This document shows positions 1 through 10,115 of a DNA stretch of 64,000 bases, piece by piece. Under the pieces are notes generated by a model that ran no database searches, was not told the origin of the DNA, and saw only the letters and a list, made by a program, of their open reading frames with translations. Every line of letters begins with the position of its first letter. Positions within the stretch are counted from its first letter, which is position 1. Location of the stretch: NCBI GenBank assembly GCA_963841735.1, contig CAWJDT010000001.1, forward strand, positions 160,001 through 224,000. Direction: 5' to 3'. The DNA is from an uncultured Actinomycetes bacterium (GTDB lineage Bacteria; Actinomycetota; Thermoleophilia; RBG-16-64-13). Both the position numbers and the translations under genes were made by a program.

Positions 1-175
1 GCGCTGCGACGGCGAGAGCCTCTTCCTCCGTCTTGGCGAGAGCGCCGGCGGGCACAGGGATGCCGTACGCGGCGAACAGGGCCTTCGCCTGCCACTCATC
101 CAGAGCCGAGGCGCCGGAGGCTAAGGCGGAACTGATCAGCTCGGCTGCGACGGTGGTTTCGGGTCTCACACTCAT
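1..175 (-). CDS. 5' part of acetate/acyl-CoA ligase (ADP-forming) with N-terminal ATP-grasp domain; runs off the window
   Basis: Manual translation from ATG at 175: MSVRPETTVAAELISSALASGASALDEWQAKALFAAYGIPVPAGALAKTEEEALAVAA. It matches the L.E..aK.ll..yGIP start of ATP-grasp_5 and resembles 58699..59397. Confidence 0.75.
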   Translation of the reverse strand, partial: MSVRPETTVAAELISSALASGASALDEWQAKALFAAYGIPVPAGALAKTEEEALAVAA

Positions 176-353
176 GACTTGTTCCGATCCTTCAGATTCT
201 TGCGGACGCGACATACGAGCGCATCCGTCCGCGACATATGCCCGTTCGTTCTGCGGTCCATATGGTAACTGTTTAGACCTTTAAGGTCAAGGGCAGAGCT
301 GCCCGGCGCGCGAGCCGCTCCCCCGTTATCCCGGTATCAGAACGCGAGCGTGG

Positions 354-1709
354 TCACACGGTGCAGCGGAGAACGTAGAGCCCGGCGTGCTGCGTGTCGA
401 CGAAGATGTTGCCCCGATTGTCTACAAGGACATCCTCCGTGGTACCGAGGCGGGGTCCCGGAAAGTTGTCGCCGGCGGCGTTGTTGAACGTCCACTTCTG
501 AGGATCGGGCGGGATGAAGTACGCGATCTCGCGCGGAACGTAGGCATCGTTGATGTCATAGACCCGCAGGCCGGCGTGGAAGTAGGCGCAGTAGAGGCGG
601 TCGTTACGGTCTTCAAGGGCGGGGTGATAGTGCGGCTCGTGGATGTTGTGCGGCCCGAACGGCCCCACGCCCCAGCCGGGGATCTCGTTGAAGTTCTTGT
701 ATGGGTAGCCCGCCGGGATCTCCGGATAGGGAAACACTGCGACGAGAGTGGGATCAGCAGGGTTGGAGATGTCGACCATGCCGATGAAGTTGAGAGGCTG
801 CACCGACGCGTGCACCTGCTCACTGCTATAGACGTGGAACCGCTCGCCCTCGCTGGTCATGATGGCGTAGTCGCGCTTGGAGAGAGGCATCACTGTATGG
901 CAGCGGGCGCCGCTGAGCTTGCCGGCGAACGGCGGCATGTGACGCAGTTGCCCAACCAGCTTCGGCAGAGAGATGTCGGCGATGTCGAGGATGACCATGC
1001 CGGCTCCGCCCCAGCTCACGTAGGCGAGTTCGCCCTTGGGATAGGCCGAGCCATGCATCATCGGACCGTCAAGCATGTTGAGTTGCGGGTCGTCGTGCGG
1101 TCCGGTGCTGGTCGCGGGCAGATACCCCGCCTCGAATTGCTCGGGCACCCACCAGCGGCCGGCTTCGACCGGGTTCTTCGGGTCGATGATGTCGAGAATG
1201 CGATAGATATAGCCGCGGAATCCCTTGCAGGAGGCGCTCAGGTGGACGTAGCGGCCCCCGTTGTAGAAGAACCGATGGACCCCGCCCCCGCCTTCACAGA
1301 ACCATTTGGACAGCAGCTTTGGCTCGGCCGGGTCCTTCACGTCCCAGATGTATACGCCCTCTTCGTAGGGGTCGCCCCATTCGGTGGCGTGAAGCATGGG
1401 CAACGTCCCCCCCAGTGCGGTGATCATGAGACCATCGGCCACCTGGATCTTGGGAGTGCCCTGTCCTTTGAGATCCGGACCGGGGATGAACTTGAGATAC
1501 TCCGGCTTGGTGGGGTCGGTCACCTCAACGACGGCCCAGCCCGAATGCTTGAAGTGGGCCCCATAAAGGTAGTACCTGCCATCGACTTCCTGCATCGCCA
1601 TCTGAAACCAAGGCATGTCATTCAAGTCGTGATAAGCGAGCACATCGATGTTCTTCGCGAATGCTTCTTTGCCGCCCATGAGGATCGTGCCTTCCCTCGT
1701 TATTGTCAA
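354..1709 (-). CDS. LVIVD-repeat beta-propeller protein, function unknown
   Basis: Repeated G..vvDv.dP..P motifs (VVEVTDPTKP, IWDVKDPAEP, ILDIIDPKNP, ILDIADISLP, VDISNPADP, VYDINDAYVP). No signal peptide. The start may be the ATG at 1680. Confidence 0.8.
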   Translation of the reverse strand: MTITREGTILMGGKEAFAKNIDVLAYHDLNDMPWFQMAMQEVDGRYYLYGAHFKHSGWAVVEVTDPTKPEYLKFIPGPDLKGQGTPKIQVADGLMITALGGTLPMLHATEWGDPYEEGVYIWDVKDPAEPKLLSKWFCEGGGGVHRFFYNGGRYVHLSASCKGFRGYIYRILDIIDPKNPVEAGRWWVPEQFEAGYLPATSTGPHDDPQLNMLDGPMMHGSAYPKGELAYVSWGGAGMVILDIADISLPKLVGQLRHMPPFAGKLSGARCHTVMPLSKRDYAIMTSEGERFHVYSSEQVHASVQPLNFIGMVDISNPADPTLVAVFPYPEIPAGYPYKNFNEIPGWGVGPFGPHNIHEPHYHPALEDRNDRLYCAYFHAGLRVYDINDAYVPREIAYFIPPDPQKWTFNNAAGDNFPGPRLGTTEDVLVDNRGNIFVDTQHAGLYVLRCTV

Positions 1710-1763
1710 TGTATGCCGGCAGACTGCATACTCCGGCGCGGTCGCCGCGCGGGAACACCCGCA

Positions 1764-1835
1764 TTGGTCTACCTAGTGGCCAATTATACTAAAGGTGCGG
1801 GGCGCATTGTCAAGACATGTCACTTTGGTATAGTA
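1764..1835. promoter_or_regulatory. Divergent promoter region with candidate FadR-type operators
   Basis: TTGGTCTACCTA (1764-1775) and TTGGTATAGTAA (1825-1836) resemble the FadR-family TGGTnnnACCA box. The minus strand has TTGACA (1808-1813) and TATAAT (1783-1788), 19 bp apart. Confidence 0.4.
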
Positions 1836-1866
1836 AGTATGCCACAGGGCTGATCATGGAGGGGTA

Positions 1867-2616
1867 ATGTGCGCTGACAGCGCAGGGGCAAAGCCCATAG
1901 AGGACATCTCACTCGTTACAGAGACGGCCAGCGACAGCGCTGTCCGCTTTATTCGCGCCATGATATTCGCCGGAGAGATCGGCCCTGGTGACCGGCTCCC
2001 CCCCGAGAGAGACTTGGGCCTCCGCCTAGGCATCTCGCGGATGACCCTCCGTCTGGCCCTCAAGGCCCTCGAGAGCACAGGGTACATCGTCACCACCCGG
2101 GGCTCGCGCGGAGGCTCCCGGGTGACCGACCCCGAGTCGCTCACCCAATGCTGGAACCAGTGGATGCATCGCCACGCTGGGGAGCTGGAAGACATCTTCG
2201 AGTTCCGCATCACGGTGGAGACCAGGCTGGCCGCACTCGCGGCCGAACGTCGCACCGACGAAGACTTGCTGGCCATGGAGCGAGCGGCGGCCAGTGAGAA
2301 CAGCCCCAGGGAATGGGCAGCGATCCTACGCGCCGACATGGACATCCATCGCGCCATCGCCCGGGCGGCCCGCAGCCCCTGGTTGGAGCGGGCCATGATG
2401 GGCGCGCGGGGGGAACTGTTCATCCCTGTCGACCTGAACCGCCTCGACGAGGGAGATCCGCGCGTGCAACACACCCACCGCGCCATCCTCGACGCCATCC
2501 GCAAGCAGGACGGGAGCGCAGCCGCCAAACATATGCGGGTGCACATAGAGTTCGTCAAGGGCCTGACCTACCGGGTCCTTGAGGCCTCCGGGATACCACC
2601 CAACGGCGACCGCTAG
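1867..2616 (+). CDS. GntR/FadR-family transcriptional regulator (wHTH + FCD)
   Basis: PGDRLPPERDL..LGISRMTLRLAL..LES.G wHTH; FCD motifs EFR..VE, D.DIH..I..AA, H..ILDAI. Confidence 0.92.
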   Translation: MCADSAGAKPIEDISLVTETASDSAVRFIRAMIFAGEIGPGDRLPPERDLGLRLGISRMTLRLALKALESTGYIVTTRGSRGGSRVTDPESLTQCWNQWMHRHAGELEDIFEFRITVETRLAALAAERRTDEDLLAMERAAASENSPREWAAILRADMDIHRAIARAARSPWLERAMMGARGELFIPVDLNRLDEGDPRVQHTHRAILDAIRKQDGSAAAKHMRVHIEFVKGLTYRVLEASGIPPNGDR

Positions 2617-3197
2617 TTCGCTCTGTCCTGATCTATCGCAGCGAAGATGGCCGTCGCCAGGCCTAGGCGACGGTCGAGTAGATTCGCTACATCCATACGG
2701 AAATTGAGGGCCAGCTCATAGCCCACCACGTTGCCTCTCTGGCGTAACTCCCCCACAATGGCGCTTCCCACCGTGATGTCCATAGCCTGCAACAGTGCGG
2801 CTCCCGGCATCGCGTTCGTGACCGGCCGGCCGGTCTCTCTCGCAAGAACCTTGCCCACCGGCGTGTCGTCGGCATCCGCTATCGACCAGACACCCTCGAT
2901 GTAGTCCCCACCAGCGTCGACAGCCAGTGCGATCCGGCCGACCCTCTGCCCGGTCTCGGCGTCGGTCACATCCAGCTCTGTCCCGGTCGACTCGATGTCG
3001 GCGAGCGCTAGGATCTCGCGCGTCCGCTGCTCATCTTCGTAGGCACGGATGACACTGGGCTCTGGGAACGCTCCTGTCGTCTCTTCGATGAACAAGAGCG
3101 GTTCGTCATGCCGCAGACCATAGAGACGGTACTTGCCGCCAGAGAGGCGCCCGTGCCGTTTAAGGACGAAAGCGCTGTCGCTAAGTGCCGCGTGCAT
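2613..3197 (-). CDS. Hypothetical protein, LURP-one/scramblase (Tubby C-terminal-like) fold
   Basis: Beta-rich repeats (ELDVTDAETGQRVGRI, WSIADADDTPVGKV) ending in the hydrophobic helix DRRLGLATAIFAAID. Confidence 0.55.
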   Translation of the reverse strand: MHAALSDSAFVLKRHGRLSGGKYRLYGLRHDEPLLFIEETTGAFPEPSVIRAYEDEQRTREILALADIESTGTELDVTDAETGQRVGRIALAVDAGGDYIEGVWSIADADDTPVGKVLARETGRPVTNAMPGAALLQAMDITVGSAIVGELRQRGNVVGYELALNFRMDVANLLDRRLGLATAIFAAIDQDRAN

Positions 3198-3242
3198 CTT
3201 TCAGTCACCCCGCGTTGTTCTGATGGTTGGCGATGAAGAGGG

Positions 3243-5492
3243 CTACGGCAACAGCCCCTTAACCTGCCCGATTACCGGCTCGATCATGGCGACATAGCTG
3301 AAGCGCTTAACAGCCGCGCGGTTGGCGGTGATAAGGGCGACGATGGGCGGCGGCACAGAACCGTTGAGCGGGCTGAGCAGCAAGAGGCCGCGGTCCTTGG
3401 CCAGGAACGGCCCGGCGGCCAGGGCGTCGGGGAACTTGTCTCCGGTGGCGATGCCGGTGTGCGTATAGGTAAGTCCGGCATAGGCCTGGGCCCACTTGGC
3501 TACGTTGGCGTTGGTGTAGTAGCGATCGGCCCCGGAGAGGTTGTAGTACTTGATGTTGGCCGGCGTGGTGACATAGGTGCCCACCTTGATGACCTGGGTG
3601 ATGCCTAGCTCAGATAGAGCCTGGCCGGCTTTGGGGTTAAGTTTCGGCTCAGGTACAAGCTTGGTGATGGGTTCGGTCAACAGGATGGGCCATAGCTTGG
3701 CACAGGCCAGCGGAGAGACCCCCAGGGCATCGGGGAAGTTGGTGCCTATGGTGATGATGGCGGTGGCGCCGGTGAGGTCGCCCACCTTCTGCTGCAGGGC
3801 CTTGGCCACCCGGTAGCTCATGTCGTAGACGGTGGTCCCATTGATGGGGATGACCGTGATCCCGGGGAACGCTGACCGGATGGCGGTTATCACCGCGGTG
3901 GAGAAACCGATGCAGAACACGGTGCTGGGCGCCAGCCTCAGTATCTCGGTCCTCACTTCATTCCTGAGGCCGGCACTGGGGGTAAGCAGAACCGGGCCGC
4001 CGTAAGCGGCGGCCAGCGGAGCTCCGCACAGGGCTTCGGGGAAAGTCTCACCGGGAGCCAAGACCAGCCCGGAGCCGGCGGGCAGAGCCGCCGGGCAGAT
4101 GGCCTTGGAGAGGCGGACGGCGGTGTCGTAGCGGTCGACGCCGCGGTAGGAGTTGTAGGTGAGGGTTGCCGGGTTCATTACGACGAAGGTATCCGATATA
4201 TCACCGTTGGAGTCAGGGGTGAGAAGGTTGGTCGCCTCCGACTCGAAAACAACGTAGCGACCGTCGGCGCTTATGAGTGGAGTCCCACTCCAGCCATCGC
4301 CTTGGCCTCCGGCCCCGGTCACGCTCAACCGCGTGGTGGTACGTCCAGCGCAGTCGCGCACATAGACGTCCCCCTGAGTATTGGTGGCTCCGGACACGAG
4401 ATCGGTAGCGAACGACTCGAATACCACGTAACGGCCGTCTCCGCTGATGGAGGGCCAACCGCTGTTCAGGTGGTCGCCCTGGATACCAGTGCCACTTACG
4501 CTCACCCAAGCGGTGGTGCCGCCCGTGCGGTCGCGGACGAAGACATCCCAGTCGTAGTTGTCGTCACCCGCGACAAGATTGCCAGCCAGGGTATCGAAGG
4601 CCACGTACCGGCCATCGGCGCTGATGGACGGGTAGTCACTCCAATCGTCACCCTCTGCCGCTCCGGACCCTACACTCACCCGTTCGGTGGTGGCCGCTGT
4701 GCGATCACGAACGAAGATGTCCGCGACACCGTTGTTGTCATCTGCCACCAGATTGGTCGCTTCGGAGCCAAAACATACATACCGCCCGTCGGCGCTCAAA
4801 CACGGCCAACGACTACTGTTGTTGGCCTCCGCGCCGGCGCTGTCAACGCTCACGCGCTCGACGGCCCCGGTGGCCCGCACCCAGACGAAGATATCCTGAC
4901 CGTAGCTGCCTAGCCCCAGATTCAAATTGGTGTCATTCGGCACGAGGTTGGTGGCAAACGACGAGAAGGCCACCACGCTGCCGTCGGCACACACGTAGGC
5001 GTAGCCGCTTTCGTCGTCTGCTTCGGTACCGTCGCTAGAAACGCTGATGCGGATGGTCGTCTTGGTAGCCATCTCGTAAAGAAAGATGTCGCGGTCGTCA
5101 TTGGTGTCGCCGGCGACCAGATTATCGGCCGCCGAGGTGAAGGCCACCCACGCCCCGTCGGCGCTGATTCTTGGAAAGGTGCTCGGCCCGTTGCCCTCGG
5201 TGCCGTCGGAAGCCACGCTCACCCGGAAGGTGATACTGGTCTTCCTGTCGCGGACGAAAACATCCTCCTCCGAATTCGTATCGTCGGCGACCAGATTGTC
5301 CGCATCGGACTGGAAGACCACATACCGGCCATCTCCGCTGACGCAGCCCTCGCTGTTCAGGTCGTTGGCTTGGACGCCCGCGCTGCTGACGCTCACCCGC
5401 TCGATTACCCGGGCCTGCGCGACGTTTGGCCAAGCCATCAGGGTCAGCGCCGCAATCGCTACCGCGAAGGATGCGGCCTTGGCTCTGGTCAT
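3243..5492 (-). CDS. Secreted TolB/PD40-like beta-propeller protein with C-terminal cell wall-binding repeat 2 (CWB2) domain
   Basis: Signal peptide ending AQA-R, GGAGG RBS, about 7 repeats of RVSV..G..gn..S..P.ISADGRYV.F.S.AtNLV..DtN...DvFV, then CWB2 motifs GVDRYDTA, FPDAL, ILLT, GADRYYTN. Confidence 0.85.
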   Translation of the reverse strand: MTRAKAASFAVAIAALTLMAWPNVAQARVIERVSVSSAGVQANDLNSEGCVSGDGRYVVFQSDADNLVADDTNSEEDVFVRDRKTSITFRVSVASDGTEGNGPSTFPRISADGAWVAFTSAADNLVAGDTNDDRDIFLYEMATKTTIRISVSSDGTEADDESGYAYVCADGSVVAFSSFATNLVPNDTNLNLGLGSYGQDIFVWVRATGAVERVSVDSAGAEANNSSRWPCLSADGRYVCFGSEATNLVADDNNGVADIFVRDRTAATTERVSVGSGAAEGDDWSDYPSISADGRYVAFDTLAGNLVAGDDNYDWDVFVRDRTGGTTAWVSVSGTGIQGDHLNSGWPSISGDGRYVVFESFATDLVSGATNTQGDVYVRDCAGRTTTRLSVTGAGGQGDGWSGTPLISADGRYVVFESEATNLLTPDSNGDISDTFVVMNPATLTYNSYRGVDRYDTAVRLSKAICPAALPAGSGLVLAPGETFPEALCGAPLAAAYGGPVLLTPSAGLRNEVRTEILRLAPSTVFCIGFSTAVITAIRSAFPGITVIPINGTTVYDMSYRVAKALQQKVGDLTGATAIITIGTNFPDALGVSPLACAKLWPILLTEPITKLVPEPKLNPKAGQALSELGITQVIKVGTYVTTPANIKYYNLSGADRYYTNANVAKWAQAYAGLTYTHTGIATGDKFPDALAAGPFLAKDRGLLLLSPLNGSVPPPIVALITANRAAVKRFSYVAMIEPVIGQVKGLLP

Positions 5493-5556
5493 GTGCCCTC
5501 CCGACATAGTTCGACTGCAGTTAAGTCTAGCCGTGAGAACGGTGGAGAACAAGCAC

Positions 5557-5591
5557 ATTCCGCCCGGCCCCTGGCCGGGGCCGGGCGGAAT
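5557..5591 (-). terminator. GC-rich stem-loop between the two CWB2 genes
   Basis: ATTCCGCCCGGCCCC-tggcc-GGGGCCGGGCGGAAT, perfect 15-bp stem just after the stop at 5601. Confidence 0.7.
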
Positions 5592-5600
5592 ACCGGTGCC

Positions 5601-8236
5601 CTACGGCAGCAAGACCTTCACCTGGCTGATCACCGGCTCGATCATGGCGACGAAGGTGACAGTCTGCACATCGACTCGGTTGGCGGTGATGAGGGCGCTC
5701 GTGGCCCGCTGCAGGGGCCCGTTGAGCGGGCTGAGCAGCAAGAGGCCGCCGTCCTTGGCCAAGTACGGCCCGGCGGCTAGAGCATCGGGAAACTTCCCGC
5801 CGGTGGCGATACCGGTGTGGGTGAAGGTAAGCCCGGCATAGGCCTGGGCCCACTTAGCCACGTTGGCGTTGGTGTAGTAGCGATCGGCTCCGGAGAGGTT
5901 GTAGTACGTGATCTTGGCCGCTGTGGTGACGTAGGTGCCCACCTTGATGACCTGGGTGATGCCTAGCTCAGATAGAGCCTGGCCGGCTTTGGGGTTAAGG
6001 GACGGCACCGGCACACGCGCGGTGCCGGGTTCGGTCAAGAGTATGGGCCACAGCTTGGCACAGGCCAGCGGAGAGACCCCCAGGGCATCGGGGAAGTTGG
6101 TGCCTATGGTGATGATAGCGGTAGCACCGGTGAGGTCGCCCACTTTTTGCTGCAGGGCTTTAGCCACCTGGTAGCTCATGTCGTAGACATCGCTACCGTT
6201 GATGGTAATGACGTTTGTGCCAGGTAGAGCAGCCTTTACCGCGTTTACCGCCGTCGTGGAAAGACCTATGCAAAACACGTACTTGGGCGCCAGTCTCTGC
6301 AGTTCGGTCCCCACTTCCTTGCTGAGTCCAGCCTTGGGGGTAAGCAGTACCGGGCCGCCGTAGGCGGCGGCCAGCGGAGCACCGCAGAGGGCTTCGGGGA
6401 AAGTCTCACCCGGGAGCCAGCACCAGCCCGGAGCCGGCGGGCAGAGCCGCCGGGAAGGTTGCCATGGAGAGGCGGACGGCGGTGTCGTAACGGTCGACGC
6501 CGATATAGCGTAGATAGGCTGGGAGATGCAGGATCCACTGTGACCACGACGGTGTCGGTCCCGCTGAGGCCCCCGCTGTCGTCAACCGTCACCCTCACAG
6601 TGTATTTGCCGACGGCGGAGTAGAGATGTGACAGCGAGAAAGCCTTGGCGCCGCTGAGACTCAGGGGCTTAGCCCCCGAGCCGTCTCCGTAGTCCACGGT
6701 AGCGGTCCAGGTCTCAGCATCGGGGTCGGTGAAGGAGCCGGTGCGGGTGAACGTGGAACCAACGGTTGTGGTGGCGTCGCTGCCCGCCGCAACCACGGGA
6801 GCAGACGGTCCAGAGGCTCCGTAGATCCAGATGATGCCCTCCCGGTCGCTGGACGAGAGTTCGCGCGACTGTGTGCCGACCGCCCGCATGCCGTACATCA
6901 CCTTGCCCGTATCGCTCGACCCGTATAGATCCCTCAGCTTCAACCAATGGCCCATTTCGTGCAGGGCGATGCTCTGCACGTCCATGGTCCCGCCGGTGCC
7001 GTCACCCCAGTAGAGATTGTCGTTAAAGCAGATGTCGACCTCAAGAAGCAGTTGATCCCAGGATGAGGCCCATGAGGTGGCGATGACCCCGGAGGGAAGC
7101 AGCGTGGAACTCCAAAACAAGTCGTTCCGCTCGTCTTCGCCGTTCCAGGTGGTAGTCGAGCAGGTTCCCGAGTCGACCAAGAGGAAGTCGGCCGCGCCGC
7201 TCCAGGTAGCAGCCGCGGCATCGATCATAGCCCGCTCTTGAGTGGTGTCGCCGGTGTTTGGGTTGACCCGGAAGTTGACGACCGGAGTGTTCCAGTAGAG
7301 CGAGCCGTAGCCGAACGTAACCTCGAAGTTATACCCGGCGCTGGCCTGGCCGCTGGAGTTGGTCACAATCACCGGCCCACTACTTGCCGAGGCAGGATAG
7401 CCGTAGACCTCTCCCACCGGCACCTCGACCACGATGGACGTGTCGCCCCATGACACGATCGGCGCGCTGATGGTCGGCTGCCCCAACTTATAGAAGAACC
7501 TCACCGATCCCTTAGCCGTTCCGAAACCGGTGCCCGTAATGGTCACCCTGTCGCCTGTGCCCGCCGGAGCAGACCCGGGGTTGATGCCGGTTATAGCGGG
7601 CACGGCCAAGGCGCCTACTCCACCCGCCAGGGCCGTGGATGATTCCACGGACGGTACGATGTCATAGACCGTAGCAGACGACGGGATGGGGGGCATTCCG
7701 GCTCCGGTCGCCGACAGGGCCCGTCCGATACTTGCGCGCACTGAGGTCAGCGACTGCGAGAGCGCTTTAACCATGCCGCCGGTTACGTCCAGCTTGCCCT
7801 GCATCCCCCCGATAACGCGGCCCTGCGCGTCCAAGAACAGCAGGCAGGTCTCTCCTGGAGTAAAGACCGGCATTCCATCGACTTCCACGCGGTAATCACC
7901 TATCTCGCCGCCCAGCACCGGCACGGTGATGTCGGCATGCGCGCTCCCCTTGAGGACATCAATCACCTGGAGGTCGAAGTAGGTCTGTGGCATAGCGGAT
8001 GAGCTCCCCACCGGTCCGACAAGGACCACGCGGTACGGGGCCTCCACGACCTCGGCAACGACCACCGTGCTGGCCCTTTGGGCCAATTGCTCAATCGTCA
8101 GGGTCTCCAGAACCGTCGCCTTCGCAACGGAGGGCATCAAGAAGAACACCATCGAGGCCAAGGAGAATAGAAGAAGCAGCAGTACCGCTGCGACAAACCT
8201 CGGAGTGGTTTTGACCGTATTCATCCCGGTCGCCAT
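5601..8236 (-). CDS. Secreted metzincin (matrixin/M10-like) metalloprotease with IPT/TIG, PKD and CWB2 domains; two frameshifts
   Basis: Signal peptide, IPT (PAITGINP..G..VTITGTGFG), HEMGHWLKLRD zinc motif plus Met-turn KVMY, PKD (TVDYGDGS..HLYS..GKYTVRVTVDD). CWB2 is recovered after removing single bases near 6521-6523 and 6409-6411. Confidence 0.8.
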
Positions 8237-8431
8237 GCTACCACCGCCATTCCTATGCAGGCGCCCGGCAGTGACTAGAGTCACTCCGAGCCTCTTAACA
8301 AGACACTATGTACATCGGCACCTGAGGCCCTTCGCTTGAGCCGCCGCACGGCGCCGTCCACGGCAATGCGGCCCCCCGGGCGCCCCGTTTCGCGCGGGCG
8401 CCGGCGGGGGCCTTCATCGCCTACAGGATGT

Positions 8432-8932
8432 CTATTTGAAGTCGAGCGTTACGATATCGCTGACCCAGGCCTTGCCGTCCATGCCCGGCATCACGGCGTT
8501 CAGAGTGCCATCGTCGCCTATGGCGATCATGGCGTTGACGTCAAGCTCGGCGAGCGTGACTTGGCCCATGAAGCCGTCGGACGCGGCCATGTCCAGCAGC
8601 GTGGCGCCAGATTGGACCCCCACCGAGGTCATCAAGTCACTCAGCAAGACGCCCGTGTACTCGGTAGCCCCCTTCTTGGGATGCTCGGCGGTAATGGTGC
8701 TCATCTTCATCGACTGGAGATCGGCGACCAACAGGGTCCCCGGACTGTCCACCAGGCCTTTGACCACCACTGCGCCGCTTGTGACTTCCGTCGCCGCAGC
8801 CGTGGTAGAGGTAGCCGCAATCGCCGTCGTGGTGGTCTCGTCGGAACCGCCACAGGCGGCCGCGAAGGCCAAGATACCGAGCAAAGCCAGGCAGGACGCC
8901 AGAAGTAGCAGTGAGCGGGTGCGCGATCTCAT
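8432..8932 (-). CDS. Lipoprotein with Oxidored_molyb-like domain lacking the catalytic Cys
   Basis: Lipobox AAACG, Thr-rich linker, then VKGLVDSP..L...L, YTGVLLSDL, AASDGF, WV..I motifs; AAGGAG RBS. Confidence 0.65.
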   Translation of the reverse strand: MRSRTRSLLLLASCLALLGILAFAAACGGSDETTTTAIAATSTTAAATEVTSGAVVVKGLVDSPGTLLVADLQSMKMSTITAEHPKKGATEYTGVLLSDLMTSVGVQSGATLLDMAASDGFMGQVTLAELDVNAMIAIGDDGTLNAVMPGMDGKAWVSDIVTLDFK

Positions 8933-9182
8933 GTTCTCGATTCTCCTTTGTCGGGCTCCGCACAGTCGTTATACTGTGTCCAGGATAATACTCAGCGCAG
9001 TATAACCGGCCCGTTGCGCATGTGGCAAGTCGGAATAAGCCGGCAAATCAGCCCAGCGGCCGCGGTCAGGCGGGCGGAAACTGCGCACCACGGCCACCGT
9101 CGTATCCGCCACTGCGCAGGTTTCGGTACCATGGGGATGAGCAATCCACACAGGTGGCGGAAGAACGAGGAAAGGCTGTGGC

Positions 9183-10115
9183 ATGAAGGTGCCGGCCATC
9201 GGCGCGATACATGAGCGCATCACTGCGATCACGGACGTCTCTTACCCTCTGTACGTGGTTCAGGGAGAAGAGAGCGCTCTGCTCATCGACTCCGGCGCGA
9301 ATCTGCTGGGCCCTCGCTACCTCGCTTCGCTCAACGCCATGTTCCCCCGTGGCGGGCACCCCGGCCAACTCTTCCTTACCCATTCGCACTGGGACCATGT
9401 GGGGTCGGCGGACTATCTAAGGCGGCACATCCCCAGACTGCAGATCGGCGGGCACCCACGACTCGCGACAGTGGTGCGTAAGCCCTCGGCTCTGAAGACG
9501 ATGAACCGTCTCAGCATGGACCAGGTCGAACTTCTCGATCGCAACCCCGCCGGTGAGGACTTGACGCTGCACCCGTTTGAGATCGACGTCCTGCTACAGC
9601 AGGGAGACGAATTCGACCTAGGTGGACTCACCTGCAGGGTATATGAAACCCCGGGCCACACCAGAGACTCCCTGGCCTACTACTTTCCGGAGATCAAGGT
9701 CCTCTTCCCGGGCGATGCGTCAGGGGTTCTGAGGGGCGAGAAGGGCACCTTGATACAGCCCGAATTCGTAGCTTCCTACCAGGGCTACGTGGACTCCCTG
9801 AAACTCATGACCGCCCTTGAGCCGGAGATCATCTGCCTGGCGCACAACTGGGTGCTGACCCAAGCGGACGCGATGCAGTTTCTCGCCGATTCCTTGGCCG
9901 AAACGTTCCGATACCGAGAGCGTATAGAAGGTTACCTAGAAGCTGCCCACGGCAGCGTCGAGGAGACGACTCGAGAGATGGCGCGCGCCGAATACGGTCC
10001 CGAAGGCAGGATGGGCCCGCCGAGCACAGCCCACTTGATGAATCTGTCAGCCCAGGTCAGGCACATCGCCGAGTGCCTTGGCCGCGGCGAAGGCTCGGCG
10101 GACTCGGGGGGCTAG
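9183..10115 (+). CDS. MBL-fold metallo-hydrolase
   Basis: LIDSG, THSHWDHVG, TPGHT, GDA and LAH motifs. Confidence 0.9.
   Translation: MKVPAIGAIHERITAITDVSYPLYVVQGEESALLIDSGANLLGPRYLASLNAMFPRGGHPGQLFLTHSHWDHVGSADYLRRHIPRLQIGGHPRLATVVRKPSALKTMNRLSMDQVELLDRNPAGEDLTLHPFEIDVLLQQGDEFDLGGLTCRVYETPGHTRDSLAYYFPEIKVLFPGDASGVLRGEKGTLIQPEFVASYQGYVDSLKLMTALEPEIICLAHNWVLTQADAMQFLADSLAETFRYRERIEGYLEAAHGSVEETTREMARAEYGPEGRMGPPSTAHLMNLSAQVRHIAECLGRGEGSADSGG

Larger units (their letters stand above)
3243..6505 (-). repeat. Two near-identical ~0.9 kb CWB2-coding copies (about 3243-4145 and 5601-6505)
   Basis: Long identical nucleotide runs, e.g. ccaccttgatgacctgggtgatgcctagctcagatagagcctggccggct and gccagcggagagacccccagggcatcggggaagttggtgcctatggtgatgat, occur in both copies. 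Confidence 0.9.

Noticed and set aside
387-1853. 488-aa plus-strand ORF
   Set aside because: Antisense shadow of the LVIVD gene, expected in high-GC DNA; no recognisable motifs.
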